Assembly (NCBI GenBank): GCA_030039155.1
Contig: JASHQL010000156.1
Coordinates: forward strand, 162-64,161
Direction: 5' to 3'
Length of the DNA: 64,000 nucleotides
Source: Streptosporangiaceae bacterium
GTDB lineage: Bacteria > Actinomycetota > Actinomycetes > Streptosporangiales > Streptosporangiaceae
The notes beneath the pieces were generated by a model. That model was not told the origin of the DNA and searched no databases. It saw nothing but the letters and a program-made list of their open reading frames with translations. The translations under genes were made by a program, and so were the position numbers. Positions 1 through 9,396 of the stretch are shown here, one piece after another (within the stretch, counting starts at the first letter, position 1; each line of letters begins with the position of its first letter).

Positions 1-22
1 GTCGGCCGGCCTGCCGCCAGCG

Positions 23-559
23 GTGCCAGCCAGACCGCGCAAGCGGACACCGCTCTACCTCGGCATCGCCGCGGTCATCGTGGCGGCCGCGGTCGGCGGG
101 TACTTCGCGTTCGGCCGGTCATCGCCAGGCGCCAGCGGCGCCAGGTCAGGCACCGAGTCGTTCTACCTGACCAGCAGCACGCCGGCCAGGCAGACGGTGT
201 ACTCGGCAACGGCGTCTGGCGTCTTCAGCAGCACCGGCACCAGCAAGACGCTGAGCGACAACGTGTCGTCGATGACCTTTCCGAACGGCACGTTCCTGAT
301 CAGTCATCCGTTCGCCACCGCGCACACGTCCGAGTCCGTGAACTCCAGCACCTGCGTGGTCACCTACCGTGAGTCCGGCCCTGACCGGCTGTACCAGGGC
401 ACCGGCAGCTACGCCGGGATCAGCGGGCAGGGACAGTTCAGGTACGTCGGCACCTGGACCGTGGCCAGGGTCAACGGCAGCTGCGACGAGCAAGGTGCCG
501 CCACGGCGGGCACCGTCAAGCTGGTGATCACCGGAACGAGCAACGTCAAGCTGCCGTGA
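23..559 (+). CDS. hypothetical membrane-anchored or secreted protein
   Basis: GTG-start ORF. A basic N-terminus is followed by the hydrophobic helix LYLGIAAVIVAAAVGGYFAF and then a Ser/Thr-rich soluble part. No family recognised. Confidence 0.5.
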   Translation: MPARPRKRTPLYLGIAAVIVAAAVGGYFAFGRSSPGASGARSGTESFYLTSSTPARQTVYSATASGVFSSTGTSKTLSDNVSSMTFPNGTFLISHPFATAHTSESVNSSTCVVTYRESGPDRLYQGTGSYAGISGQGQFRYVGTWTVARVNGSCDEQGAATAGTVKLVITGTSNVKLP

Positions 560-590
560 CGGTCGGCCGACGGCGCTGAGGGTGGCCTGG

Positions 591-1049
591 CTACCGGCTG
601 GCAGGTGGCGGCGAGAGCCAGAACCAGACCGTGGTCCTGGTCTGGTCGCGCAGGTAGCCCCACTGGTCGGCGAGCGTCTGCACCAGGAACAGCCCGTGCC
701 CGTCCGATGCGTAGACGTCGCCCTTGACTACCGGGGCGCACAGCTCTGACCCGGCGTCGCTGACCTCGATCCTGATGCCGCCTTCGGCCTCCAGGATGAC
801 CATCGAGACGCTGCCGCCCAGATACCTGGAGTTGCTGTGCACGACCGCGTTCGTGACCAGCTCAGAGGTGAGGAGCACGGCGGTGTCCAGCAGCGGGTGT
901 AACTCGCCAAGTGCCTTTGCGACGAATTCGCGTGCCTCATGAACCCGCTCAGGACGGCCTGGCAAGGTGAGGCTGCCGAGTACAGCTGCACCAGCCATGC
1001 TGGCCAGGTCCTCAGTCGCGTCGCTTGCGCGGGCGGCCGTTGATGCCAT
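591..1049 (-). CDS. ATP-binding protein, histidine-kinase-like ATPase / anti-sigma-factor-type fold
   Basis: Trimmed to ATG at 1049 (MASTAARAS). Motifs ELVTNAVVHS and DGHGLFLV are typical of the small RsbW/SpoIIAB-like ATPases that sit beside XRE/DUF397 pairs in actinomycetes. Confidence 0.7.
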   Translation of the reverse strand: MASTAARASDATEDLASMAGAAVLGSLTLPGRPERVHEAREFVAKALGELHPLLDTAVLLTSELVTNAVVHSNSRYLGGSVSMVILEAEGGIRIEVSDAGSELCAPVVKGDVYASDGHGLFLVQTLADQWGYLRDQTRTTVWFWLSPPPASR

Positions 1050-1356
1050 TTCCGGTCGCTCCTTCCTGACTATGCAGGAAACCGGCGAGGCGACCATTTG
1101 CACAAAAACCACCGGTCGGCGATTCAGTTGCCCGTACCTGAGCGGGGACGGCGCGGGCAGGTCACCTCGTATTCCATAATGCTGTGACTGTGCAGCGCAC
1201 GCAAGTGCGTCACACAAATCTTGGCAACGAAATTTCAGATGGGATCGCACCACACGCAGGTTCGCTGCTGTATGGTGTGCCCTAAGCCCGCAGGTGCGTG
1301 GTCCGGCGAGTAGTCGCCGGGGGCCATTGCACAGGCAATGTCCAAAGGGGGCCCGC

Positions 1357-2214
1357 GTGGCGATCGGCCCGACGGTGCGGCGCAGGCGGCTCGGCAGCGA
1401 GTTAAGGCGGCTGCGCGAATCTCAGTCCATCAAGCTGGAAGAGGTCGCCGACAGGCTCGGCCTTGCCCCGTCCACCTTGTCGCGGATCGAGACAGGCAAG
1501 GCGCCAACCAGGACCGCCTACCTCAACTCGATGCTCGAGCTGTACGGGGTCGATGACCCGTCGCAGCGCAAGATCCTGCAGGAGATGGCCAGGGAAGGGC
1601 ACAGAAAGGGCTGGTGGACGGTCTGGGACGGGGTGCTGCCCACCGGCTTCGGCATCTACGTCGGGCTCGAGGCCGAGGCGTCGTCGCTGCGCGTCTATGA
1701 GTCCCAGGTCGTGCACGGCCTGCTGCAGACCGAGGAATACGCACGGGCGATCATGACTGCCGTGCGCAGGCGGCAGACGCCGGACGAGATCGAGCGGCTG
1801 GTTCAGCTGCGCATGCAGCGCCAGGAAGTGGTGCTGCGCTCCGACCCCATCGAGCTGTGGGTCATCCTGGACGAGGCCGTGATCAAGCGGACCATGGGCC
1901 CGCCAGAGCTCATGCGCAAGCAGCTCGACTACCTCTGCGAGGCCAGTTCCTGGCCGCACGTGACCCTGCAAGTGCTGACGTTTGGCAGCGGTTTGCACCC
2001 GGCCCTCGGCGGGCCATTCGCAATTATCGAGTTCCCTGAGCGCTTTGACCCTGATGTCGTTTATTCGGAGGGCGTGTCGGGTCAGGCATATGTCGAAGAG
2101 AGAGAGCGAGAGGTCAGGGCGAGATCTGAGGCCTTCGACCTGCTGCGGGCGACGGCTCTTCCTCCGGCCGATTCATTCGAGCTCATCCGCAAAGCCGCAA
2201 CAGAATGCACATGA
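1357..2214 (+). CDS. XRE-family helix-turn-helix regulator with DUF5753-like C-terminal domain (WhiJ-like)
   Basis: GTG at 1357. HTH LGSELRRLRESQSIKLEEVADRLGLAPSTLSRIETGK. C-terminal region with WW..Y.GLEAEA and QTEEYA motifs. Confidence 0.8.
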   Translation: MAIGPTVRRRRLGSELRRLRESQSIKLEEVADRLGLAPSTLSRIETGKAPTRTAYLNSMLELYGVDDPSQRKILQEMAREGHRKGWWTVWDGVLPTGFGIYVGLEAEASSLRVYESQVVHGLLQTEEYARAIMTAVRRRQTPDEIERLVQLRMQRQEVVLRSDPIELWVILDEAVIKRTMGPPELMRKQLDYLCEASSWPHVTLQVLTFGSGLHPALGGPFAIIEFPERFDPDVVYSEGVSGQAYVEEREREVRARSEAFDLLRATALPPADSFELIRKAATECT

Positions 2215-2447
2215 AAGGAATCACGACTATGACAAACCGCCGTTTCGATCTCGACAATGCGGTCTGGATAACCAGCCGCGCCTGCAACAACTCGGCGTGC
2301 GTGCAGGTGGCGCACCTGCCTGGCGGCATGGTGGCGGTCAGGGACTCCAAGGACACCGCCAAGCCCGCGCACCTGTTCGACAGCGAGGAGTGGGCTGCCT
2401 TCGTCACCGGCGTGAAGGCCGGCGAGTTCGACCTGCCTGTCGGCTGA
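2205..2447 (+). CDS. DUF397 domain protein (BldB-like)
   Basis: WITSRACNNSACVQVAHLPGGMVAVRDSKD is the DUF397 signature. Overlaps the XRE stop. An alternative ATG lies at 2229. Confidence 0.8.
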   Translation: MHMKGITTMTNRRFDLDNAVWITSRACNNSACVQVAHLPGGMVAVRDSKDTAKPAHLFDSEEWAAFVTGVKAGEFDLPVG

Positions 2448-2525
2448 CAGCGCAGCGAGGGCGCTGCTGTCCCTGGGGGACGCGGATACCGCAGACCCCA
2501 GTGACCCTGGATGCGCACGCAACCT

Positions 2526-2558
2526 GATGGCCGCCGGGCGGGCAACCCGGCGGCCATC
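2526..2558. terminator. perfect 13-bp stem hairpin between convergent genes
   Basis: gatggccgccggg / cgggcaa loop / cccggcggccatc. Sits between the DUF397 stop (2447) and the minus-strand XRE stop (2572). Confidence 0.55.
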
Positions 2559-2571
2559 AGCATGACCGGTG

Positions 2572-3435
2572 CTAGCTGGCGCCGGCGAACTCCGCCGCTC
2601 GCTTGCGGATGATCTGCTTGGACTCCTCTGGCGTCGCGCTCATGCTGCTGATCCGGTCCATCGCGGCGGCGTACTGATCGACGTCAGATCGCTTGTCCAG
2701 GTACAGGGCGCTGGTGAGCTGCTCCACGTACACGATGTCCGGCAGGTCCTCGAGCGCGAACTGCAGGATGCTGAAGCCGCCAGGCGCGACGAACGCGCCG
2801 AAGCTGGTGAACGGGGTGACCTGGAGCGTCAGGCCAGGCCGCTCGCTGATCTCCAGCAGGTGCGCGAGCTGGTCGCGCATCACCGCGGCGCTGCCGACCG
2901 GCCGCTGCAGCGCGACCTCGTCGATGATCGCCCACAGCCGCAGCCCGCCCGCGGCGAACCTGCGCTGCCGCTCCTTGCGCAGGTACACCAGCCTGTCGGT
3001 CTCGGCGTCCGGGTAGTCAAGCTGCCTGATTACCGCGCCCGCGTAGTCCTCGGTCTGCAGCAGCCCAGGCACGAACTGGGCGTCGAAGCAGCGGATGGTC
3101 TCGGCCGATTCCTCAAGCCCGATGTAGGCCTGGAACCAGCCTGGCAGCACGTCCTGGTACCGGTGCCACCAGCCGGGCTGGTTCGCCTGGCTGGCCAGCG
3201 TCAGCAGCTGCTCGCGCTCGTCCGGGTCGGTGATGCCGTACCGGTTCAGCAGGTCGGCGATGTCGACTTCCCTGACCGCGTTGCGGCCGAGCTCGATCCT
3301 GCTGATCTTGGACTCGGAGCCGCGGATCGCCCGCGCTGCTTCCTGTGCGGTAATGCCACGCGACTCGCGCAGCCTCCTGAGCTGAGCGCCTAACAGGATC
3401 CGCAGAACCGTCGGGGCGCTGACTCCATCTGTCAT
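2572..3435 (-). CDS. XRE-family HTH regulator with DUF5753-like domain, second copy
   Basis: Trimmed to ATG at 3435 (MTDGVSAPT). HTH LGAQLRRLRESRGITAQEAARAIRGSESKISRIELG. Same C-terminal architecture as 1357..2214. Confidence 0.8.
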   Translation of the reverse strand: MTDGVSAPTVLRILLGAQLRRLRESRGITAQEAARAIRGSESKISRIELGRNAVREVDIADLLNRYGITDPDEREQLLTLASQANQPGWWHRYQDVLPGWFQAYIGLEESAETIRCFDAQFVPGLLQTEDYAGAVIRQLDYPDAETDRLVYLRKERQRRFAAGGLRLWAIIDEVALQRPVGSAAVMRDQLAHLLEISERPGLTLQVTPFTSFGAFVAPGGFSILQFALEDLPDIVYVEQLTSALYLDKRSDVDQYAAAMDRISSMSATPEESKQIIRKRAAEFAGAS

Positions 3436-3764
3436 GGGTTGGCACTCCTCCCTCGGCACCTCCGCGCTGACTATGCTGCCACGCTCGCAGGCCCGCCATT
3501 ACGGCTTCCGGGGTGCCGCCCAATAGCGCCGATATTGAAAACGCAATTGCGTCAGGAACATGCTGATAAAGACGCCGATGCTCATAATATCGCAGATGAG
3601 ATTTCAGGCCACCCCAAAGGTGTCCGGACAGCGCAGGCCGAGCCACCGCCGCCGGGCAGCCGCAAGACACCAGGCTGGACCGGCAAACCGTCCGCGGCGG
3701 CCGCAAGAGTACGATCGCGGCTGCGGCGAAACGTGCGCCGCGACCAGAGGGCGAAGGCGGTGCG

Positions 3765-4712
3765 ATGCGGTATCGGGCGATGGGGAACTCGGGCCTCGTG
3801 GTGTCGGTGGTAGGGCTCGGCTGCAACAACTTCGGCCGCCGGCTGAACCTCGAGGCAACCAAGTCGGTCATCGACGCCGCGATCGACGCAGGCATCACGC
3901 TGCTCGACACCGCCGACAGCTATGGCGGCGGCGGGCTGTCCGAGCAGTTCATCGGGGAGGCGCTGGCCGGGCGCCGCGATCAGGTCGTGCTCGCGACCAA
4001 GTTCGGCCACCAGGGCGCGGACCTGGGCTACGGGCCGGCGGCCGGCGCCAAGGGCGGCCGCGGCTACATCAGGCGCGCGGTGGAGCACTCGCTGCGCAGG
4101 CTGCGCACCGACTACATCGACCTGTACCAGATGCACACGCCGGACCCGGTGACGCCGATCGAGGAGACGCTGGCCGCGCTCGGCGAGCTGGTGCAGGCCG
4201 GGAAGGTCCGGTACCTCGGGCACTCCAATTTCACGCCGCTGCAGATGGCGAAGGCGGCCGCCGCGGCGCGGGAGCTGCGCACCGTGCCATTTGTGTCCGC
4301 GCAGAATCACTGGTCGCTGCTCGAGCGCTGGGCCGAGGTCGACGTCGTGCCGGCCGCCATCGACCTGCGGATCGGCATGCTGCCGTACTCGCCGCTGGCG
4401 AACGGCCTGCTGACCGGCAAGGTCAGGCGCGGCAAGCCGCCCGCGGCCGGCACCAGGCTGGCGGGCCGGGACGACTACGTGACCGAGCAGAAGCTGGACA
4501 AGGTCGAGGCGCTTGCCGAGTGGGCGCAGCAGCGCGACCGCACGCTGCTTGACATCGCGGTCGGCGGGCTTGCCGCACTGCCCGGCTGCACCTCGGTGAT
4601 CGCCGGGGCGACAAGCCCGGAGCAGGTGCGGGCCAACGCAGCGGCCGGCGAGTGGATCCCGACCGCCGAGGAACTCGCCGAGATCGACAAGATCTCTCCG
4701 ATCGTCAGCTGA
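3765..4712 (+). CDS. aldo/keto reductase
   Basis: N-terminus MRYRAMGNSGLVVSVVGLGCNNFG, DTADSYGGG and YIDLYQMH motifs. Confidence 0.85.
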   Translation: MRYRAMGNSGLVVSVVGLGCNNFGRRLNLEATKSVIDAAIDAGITLLDTADSYGGGGLSEQFIGEALAGRRDQVVLATKFGHQGADLGYGPAAGAKGGRGYIRRAVEHSLRRLRTDYIDLYQMHTPDPVTPIEETLAALGELVQAGKVRYLGHSNFTPLQMAKAAAAARELRTVPFVSAQNHWSLLERWAEVDVVPAAIDLRIGMLPYSPLANGLLTGKVRRGKPPAAGTRLAGRDDYVTEQKLDKVEALAEWAQQRDRTLLDIAVGGLAALPGCTSVIAGATSPEQVRANAAAGEWIPTAEELAEIDKISPIVS

Positions 4713-4734
4713 GCACGCACACGGGAGCCCGCCG

Positions 4735-5700
4735 ATGAAGGCCGCACTGTACCGGAGCACCGGCGCCGCTGGCGAGGTGCTGCGGGTCGAGGAGGTCGGG
4801 CGGCCAGAGCCGGGCCCAGGCCAGGTGCGGGTCAAGGTCGAGCTGTCCGGCATCAACCCGACCGACTGGAAGTCGCGCAGCGGGGCCACGCCGCGCCCGA
4901 TCGACGGGTTCCAGATCCCGCACCACGACGGCGCAGGCGTGATCGACGCGGTCGGCGAGGGCGTCGGCCAGGCGCGCATCGGCGAGCGCGTCTGGGTCTG
5001 GCTGGCGGCCGGCAGCAGGTGGGGGACCGCGGCGCAGTGGACGGTGGTGCCGGCCAGGCAGGCGGTGCCGCTGCCAGGCAACGTGCCGGCTGAGCTTGCG
5101 GTCAGTCTCGGCGTGCCCGCGATGACCGCGCACCGGTGCCTGTTCGCTGACGGCCCGGTGGCCGGCCAGCACGTGCTGGTGGCCGGCGGCGCCGGCGCTG
5201 TCGGGCATTTCGCGATCGAGCTGGCCAAGCACGCAGGCGCCAGCGTGGCGGCCACCGTCAGCGGGCCGGAGAAGGCCGCGCTGGCCAGGCAGGCCGGCGC
5301 TGACCTGGTGGTCAACTACCGCGAGGCCGGCGCGGTCGATCAGCTCAGCGAGTTCGCGCCGCGGATGGACCGGATCATCGAGCTGGCGCTCGGCGCCAAC
5401 CTCGACCTGGACCTGGCGCTGTCCGGGCCGCAGACCGTCATCGTGGACTACGCGGCCGAGCCCGCCGATCCGGTGCTGCCGGTGCGCAGCTGCATGACGG
5501 CCAACGTCACGCTCAGGTTCGTGCTGCTGTACGGCGTGCCAGCGGCCGCGATGGACCTGGCGGTCGCCGACATCAGCGCCGCCCTGGCGGCCGGCGCGCT
5601 GACCGCGCTGCCGGTCACCAGGTTCGGCCTTGACCAGATCGCCGAGGCGCAGGAGGCGGTGCGGGCCGGCGCCGTCGGCAAGGTCGTCGTCGTCCCCTGA
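4735..5700 (+). CDS. NADPH:quinone reductase-like MDR (zinc-independent) oxidoreductase
   Basis: GVNPTDW-type motif (SGINPTDWKSRSG) and nucleotide-binding VLVAGGAGAVG. Length about 320 aa. Confidence 0.8.
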   Translation: MKAALYRSTGAAGEVLRVEEVGRPEPGPGQVRVKVELSGINPTDWKSRSGATPRPIDGFQIPHHDGAGVIDAVGEGVGQARIGERVWVWLAAGSRWGTAAQWTVVPARQAVPLPGNVPAELAVSLGVPAMTAHRCLFADGPVAGQHVLVAGGAGAVGHFAIELAKHAGASVAATVSGPEKAALARQAGADLVVNYREAGAVDQLSEFAPRMDRIIELALGANLDLDLALSGPQTVIVDYAAEPADPVLPVRSCMTANVTLRFVLLYGVPAAAMDLAVADISAALAAGALTALPVTRFGLDQIAEAQEAVRAGAVGKVVVVP

Positions 5701-5747
5701 CCGGGCAAACCCATTTTGCCGGGAACGTGCGGTCGCCAGGGCCGGTG

Positions 5748-7040
5748 TCAGGGGCTGAGCCGGTGCAGGTCCCGCGGGAACAGCGTGACCTGCCTGACGT
5801 TCGCCGCGCCGGTCAGCAGGGCGGTCCACCGCTCCATCCCGATCGCCCAGCCGCCGTGCGGCGGCATGCCGTGCTCGAACACCTGCAGATAGCCGGCGTA
5901 CGGCTCGGTCGGTTCGCCGCGGGCCGCCAGCGCCTCGACGTAGTCCTCGTGCCGGTGCAGCCGCTGGCCGCCGGTGACGATCTCGGTACCGCGCAGCAGC
6001 AAGTCGAACCCGTTGCTGTAGCCGGGCCGCGCCGGGTCCGGGTGGGTGTAGAACGGCTTGCTCGCCAGCGGGTAGCCGGTCACGTACAGCAGCTCGCTGC
6101 CGTGCTCGCGCTCCGCCCACTCGCACAGCCACCGCTCGTGGGCCGGCGCCAGGTCAGGCTCGCCGGTCACGTCCTCGCCGGTCGCGCTGGAGATGAGCTC
6201 GAGCGCCTCGGTGAAGTGCAGGTGCGGGATCTGCGCGGGAACCTCGGGCACCCGCGCGCCGAGCAGCTCCATTGCGGAACTCGCCCGTTCCGTAACACTC
6301 GCGGCCATCCCGGCGATGACCTGGCGCAACACCGCCATCACCTCGAAGTGGTCGGTAATGAACCCGAACTCCGCGTCCAGGCTGGTGTACTCGGCCAGGT
6401 GCCTGACGGTGTCCGACGGCTCGGCCCTGAAGGCAGGCCCGACCTCATAGACGCGCTCGAACACCCCGACCATGGCCTGCTTGTAGAACTGCGGCGACTG
6501 GGCCAGGTAGGCGGGCCGGCCGAAGTAGTCGAGGCCGAACACGTTGGCGCCAGACTCGGTCGCCGACCCGACGGTCTTCGGCGTGTGCACCTCGGTGAAG
6601 CCGAGGCCGTCCAGCGCGGCGCGGAAGCCCGCGACGCTGGCCGCGGCTACCTCGAAACCTGACCGCAGCACCGGGTGCCGCAGCGTGGTGGGCGCATGGT
6701 CGAGGATCGTCGGCAGCGACGCGGCCAGCACCGGCCGGTACAGGTCGAACGGCGGCGGCTCGGCCGGTCCTGACAGCTGCGTGATAGCCGGCTCGGTCAG
6801 CTCGGCCCCGCCTGGTGCCTGCGCGTTCGAGGTGACCAGGCCCTCGATCTGCAGCACGGTCTCCTCGCCGAACGGCACGACGGCGCCGGCCGGCAGCACG
6901 ACCTGGGCCAGGCCCGACCGGTCGCGCAGGATGAGGAACGTCACCGACTTGAGCTCTCGGCGCCGGTGCAGCCAGCCGGCGATCGTGACGCGCTCGCCGA
7001 CGTGCGCTGGCAGGTCGGCGGACAGAACTCGTGAGATCAT
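5748..7040 (-). CDS. aspS: aspartate--tRNA ligase, short archaeal/type-2 form (possibly non-discriminating)
   Basis: Trimmed to ATG at 7040 (MISRVLSADL). OB-fold N-terminus with GWLHRRRELKSVTFLILRDRSG. Class II motifs FRAEPS and GGWAIGMERW. About 430 aa. Confidence 0.8.
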   Translation of the reverse strand: MISRVLSADLPAHVGERVTIAGWLHRRRELKSVTFLILRDRSGLAQVVLPAGAVVPFGEETVLQIEGLVTSNAQAPGGAELTEPAITQLSGPAEPPPFDLYRPVLAASLPTILDHAPTTLRHPVLRSGFEVAAASVAGFRAALDGLGFTEVHTPKTVGSATESGANVFGLDYFGRPAYLAQSPQFYKQAMVGVFERVYEVGPAFRAEPSDTVRHLAEYTSLDAEFGFITDHFEVMAVLRQVIAGMAASVTERASSAMELLGARVPEVPAQIPHLHFTEALELISSATGEDVTGEPDLAPAHERWLCEWAEREHGSELLYVTGYPLASKPFYTHPDPARPGYSNGFDLLLRGTEIVTGGQRLHRHEDYVEALAARGEPTEPYAGYLQVFEHGMPPHGGWAIGMERWTALLTGAANVRQVTLFPRDLHRLSP

Positions 7041-7423
7041 CACAGCTCCCTCTGGGGATGTGTGCGACCCCTTGGGAGTGCGGGCGATAAGGGAACTCGC
7101 GGTGCCACCGCACTTTCGCCGGCCGGCAAGCCGGCTCGGCCTCGTTGGCCCGGTCACGGGGGCAGGGCGGCGGGGCATTGGGCCTGCCGCTGGCCGCGGC
7201 CGCCGTTCCTCCCCGCACTCGGGAGTGTCTTCGCCGCCCGGCGGCGAGGCCGCATTCTCAGCTGCCTGCGGCTCTCTGCTGCTCGCCCGACCCGGCGCTA
7301 CTTGTCTCCGTCAGCGCGTTGCCGCAGAGAATACGCGACCGCAGTGCGGCCGGCGACTCAATATGGCGCGGCTCACACAGCCGGCAACTGCCCGCGCCCG
7401 GATCGGCGGCCTACCCTGAAAAT

Positions 7424-8104
7424 ATGTACCTGCCACGCCATTTCACCCAGACCGACCTTGCCGAGATCGCCGCGTTCGTTGACGCGGCCGCGGCCGCGGA
7501 CCTGGTCACCTTCGACGGCACCAGGCCGGTCGCCACCCGGCTGCCGGTGATCTGGGACAGGCCCGCTGACTGGATCCAGCAGGGCGACAACGGGCGGCTG
7601 CTCGGGCACATCGCGATCGCCAACGACCAGTGGCAGACCGCCCAGCCAGGCGCGCAGGCGCTGGCCATCGTGCACGGGCCGCAGGCCTACATCTCGCCGG
7701 CCTGGTACGAGAGCAAGGCGCGGCACGGCCGGGTGGTGCCGACCTGGAACTACCAGGTGGTGCACCTGACCGGCACGCTGACCGTGCACCAGGACAGCGA
7801 GTGGCTGCGCAGCTTCGTCACCAGGCTCACCGCGCTGCACGAGTCAGGGCGCGCGCACCCCTGGGCAGTCACCGACGCGCCGCCCGATTACGTGACCGGC
7901 CAGCTGCGCGCGATCGTCGGCATGGAACTGCAGATCAGCACCATCGAGGCCAAGCAGAAGCTGAGCCAGAACCGCAGCGCGGCCGACCAGGCAGGCGTGG
8001 TGCACGGCCTGCGCGCGGAGCACGGCGACGACCTTGCTGCACTGGCGGTCGCCGACCTGATGGCGGCCAACCTCGAACGCGAGGAGCAGCCAGCCGACGC
8101 CTAG
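7424..8104 (+). CDS. FMN-binding negative transcriptional regulator (PaiB family)
   Basis: ATG at 7424. MYLPRHFTQTD N-terminus, YISPAWY and VPTWNY motifs, and KLSQNR near the C-terminus. Confidence 0.8.
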   Translation: MYLPRHFTQTDLAEIAAFVDAAAAADLVTFDGTRPVATRLPVIWDRPADWIQQGDNGRLLGHIAIANDQWQTAQPGAQALAIVHGPQAYISPAWYESKARHGRVVPTWNYQVVHLTGTLTVHQDSEWLRSFVTRLTALHESGRAHPWAVTDAPPDYVTGQLRAIVGMELQISTIEAKQKLSQNRSAADQAGVVHGLRAEHGDDLAALAVADLMAANLEREEQPADA

Positions 8105-8295
8105 CGCCGCCCGAGCCTCTCCCAGACCCAGCCCAGTCCCGCACGTGATCATGGGCTCCAGTGGCATAGAGCGCGCTGGAGGCCATGATCACGGCCCAGG
8201 TATACCCGCGTGGACAGCTCACGCGGGGCCGGCAGATACTGGCATCCCGGCCGTCGGTTCCTGGCCGGTGCTGCGGATACGAGGGGCACGGCCGC

Positions 8296-8802
8296 ATGTC
8301 ACAGGACAACTGGCCTGGTCAGCCGGGCTATCGGCAACCGGCGCCTGGCCCGTACTGGCAGCCGGGCGCTGGCGCCCCGGCTGCGCCCGGATACCAGCCA
8401 GCTGGTTACCAGCCGGCCGGCCAGTACGGCCCGCCATCGGATGAGCACGTCTGGGCGCTGTGCGCCTACCTGACCACGCTGGTCGCCAGCTTTGTCGGAC
8501 CGCTGGTGATCTACCTGATCAAGAAGGACGAGTCGCCGTTCGTCCGGCGGCACGCGGCCCAGTCGCTGAACCTGGTCATTACCGCGTTGATCTACGGCAT
8601 CGCCTTGTTCGTGCTCATCATCGGCGTCGCGTTCGGCCTGTTCGTGTCGAAGGCCGCGGTGGCCGGCTTCGTGATCCTGATCATCGCGTACCTGGCGCTG
8701 GCCATCGCGCACCTGATTTACCTGGTCATGGCCTGCGTGAAGGCCGGCCAGCGGCAGGACTACCAGGTCCCGGCGTGGATCGCCTTCCGGCTGGTCCGCT
8801 GA
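8296..8802 (+). CDS. DUF4870-like membrane protein with Pro/Gln/Tyr-rich N-terminus
   Basis: ATG at 8296. PGYQPAGYQPAGQYGPP low-complexity head, then HAAQSLN plus hydrophobic helices. Confidence 0.7.
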   Translation: MSQDNWPGQPGYRQPAPGPYWQPGAGAPAAPGYQPAGYQPAGQYGPPSDEHVWALCAYLTTLVASFVGPLVIYLIKKDESPFVRRHAAQSLNLVITALIYGIALFVLIIGVAFGLFVSKAAVAGFVILIIAYLALAIAHLIYLVMACVKAGQRQDYQVPAWIAFRLVR

Positions 8803-8809
8803 TGGCGGC

Positions 8810-9286
8810 CTAGATCAGCGTGCTGCGGGCCCCGTCGCACACCTCGATCGCGGCCATGATCGCCTGGAGCTGCTGTACCTGCTCGGGCGTGAGCTTGTCG
8901 AACATCGACGCGCGGACCTGCTCGACGTGACCCGGCGCGGCCGCCTCCAGCGCCGCCATGCCGGCGTCGGTGAGCCTGGCGATCTGGCCGCGGCGGTCGG
9001 TGGCGCAGAGCATCCGCTCGACCCAGCCGCGCTCCTCCAGCCTGGCGACCGCGTGCGAGAGGCGGCTCTTGCTTGACGTGGACGCGTCAGCGAGCTGAGT
9101 CATCCGCAGCGCGTGCCCTGGCGCCTCGGACAGCCTGACCAGGATCTCGTAGTAACCGTGCGGGATCCCCGAGTCGTGCAGCAGCTGGCCCTCGACCGCC
9201 GCGAACAGCGTGGAGCACGCATTGAGGAAGGTCCGCCAGGCGAGCTGCTCGTCGGCGGACAGCCAGCGGGTCTCGGCAGCCGTCAC
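8810..9286 (-). CDS. MarR-family transcriptional regulator
   Basis: Winged HTH region LRMTQLADASTSSKSRLSHAVARLEERGWVER. 158 aa. Divergent from the YceI gene. Confidence 0.85.
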   Translation of the reverse strand: MTAAETRWLSADEQLAWRTFLNACSTLFAAVEGQLLHDSGIPHGYYEILVRLSEAPGHALRMTQLADASTSSKSRLSHAVARLEERGWVERMLCATDRRGQIARLTDAGMAALEAAAPGHVEQVRASMFDKLTPEQVQQLQAIMAAIEVCDGARSTLI

Positions 9287-9396
9287 ACCACGCAGGATAC
9301 CCGAAGTTGTTGAGCATTTGACAATCCTCGGAAGACTGTGATAGTCATTGAGCGTTCAACCAACAAGCCTTCAACATCCAGCGCCAGCGGGAGTGA

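Noticed and set aside
3582-5315. 577-aa minus-strand ORF, and the similar 4705..6132 ORF, overlapping the aldo-keto reductase and quinone reductase genes
   Set aside because: The composition is Arg/Pro/Ala/Gly-rich, typical of an out-of-frame or antisense reading of high-GC coding DNA. The plus-strand genes have clear family motifs. These are shadow ORFs.
5748-7040. AspRS as a self-resistance (duplicated target) gene for the RiPP-like cluster
   Set aside because: It lies more than 20 kb from the cluster and outside the low-GC block. Nothing links it to the cluster.
7041-7423. T-box or other riboswitch upstream of aspS
   Set aside because: I could not find a specifier loop / T-box consensus or any other recognisable conserved riboswitch core by eye. 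It is left as an unexplained long leader only.
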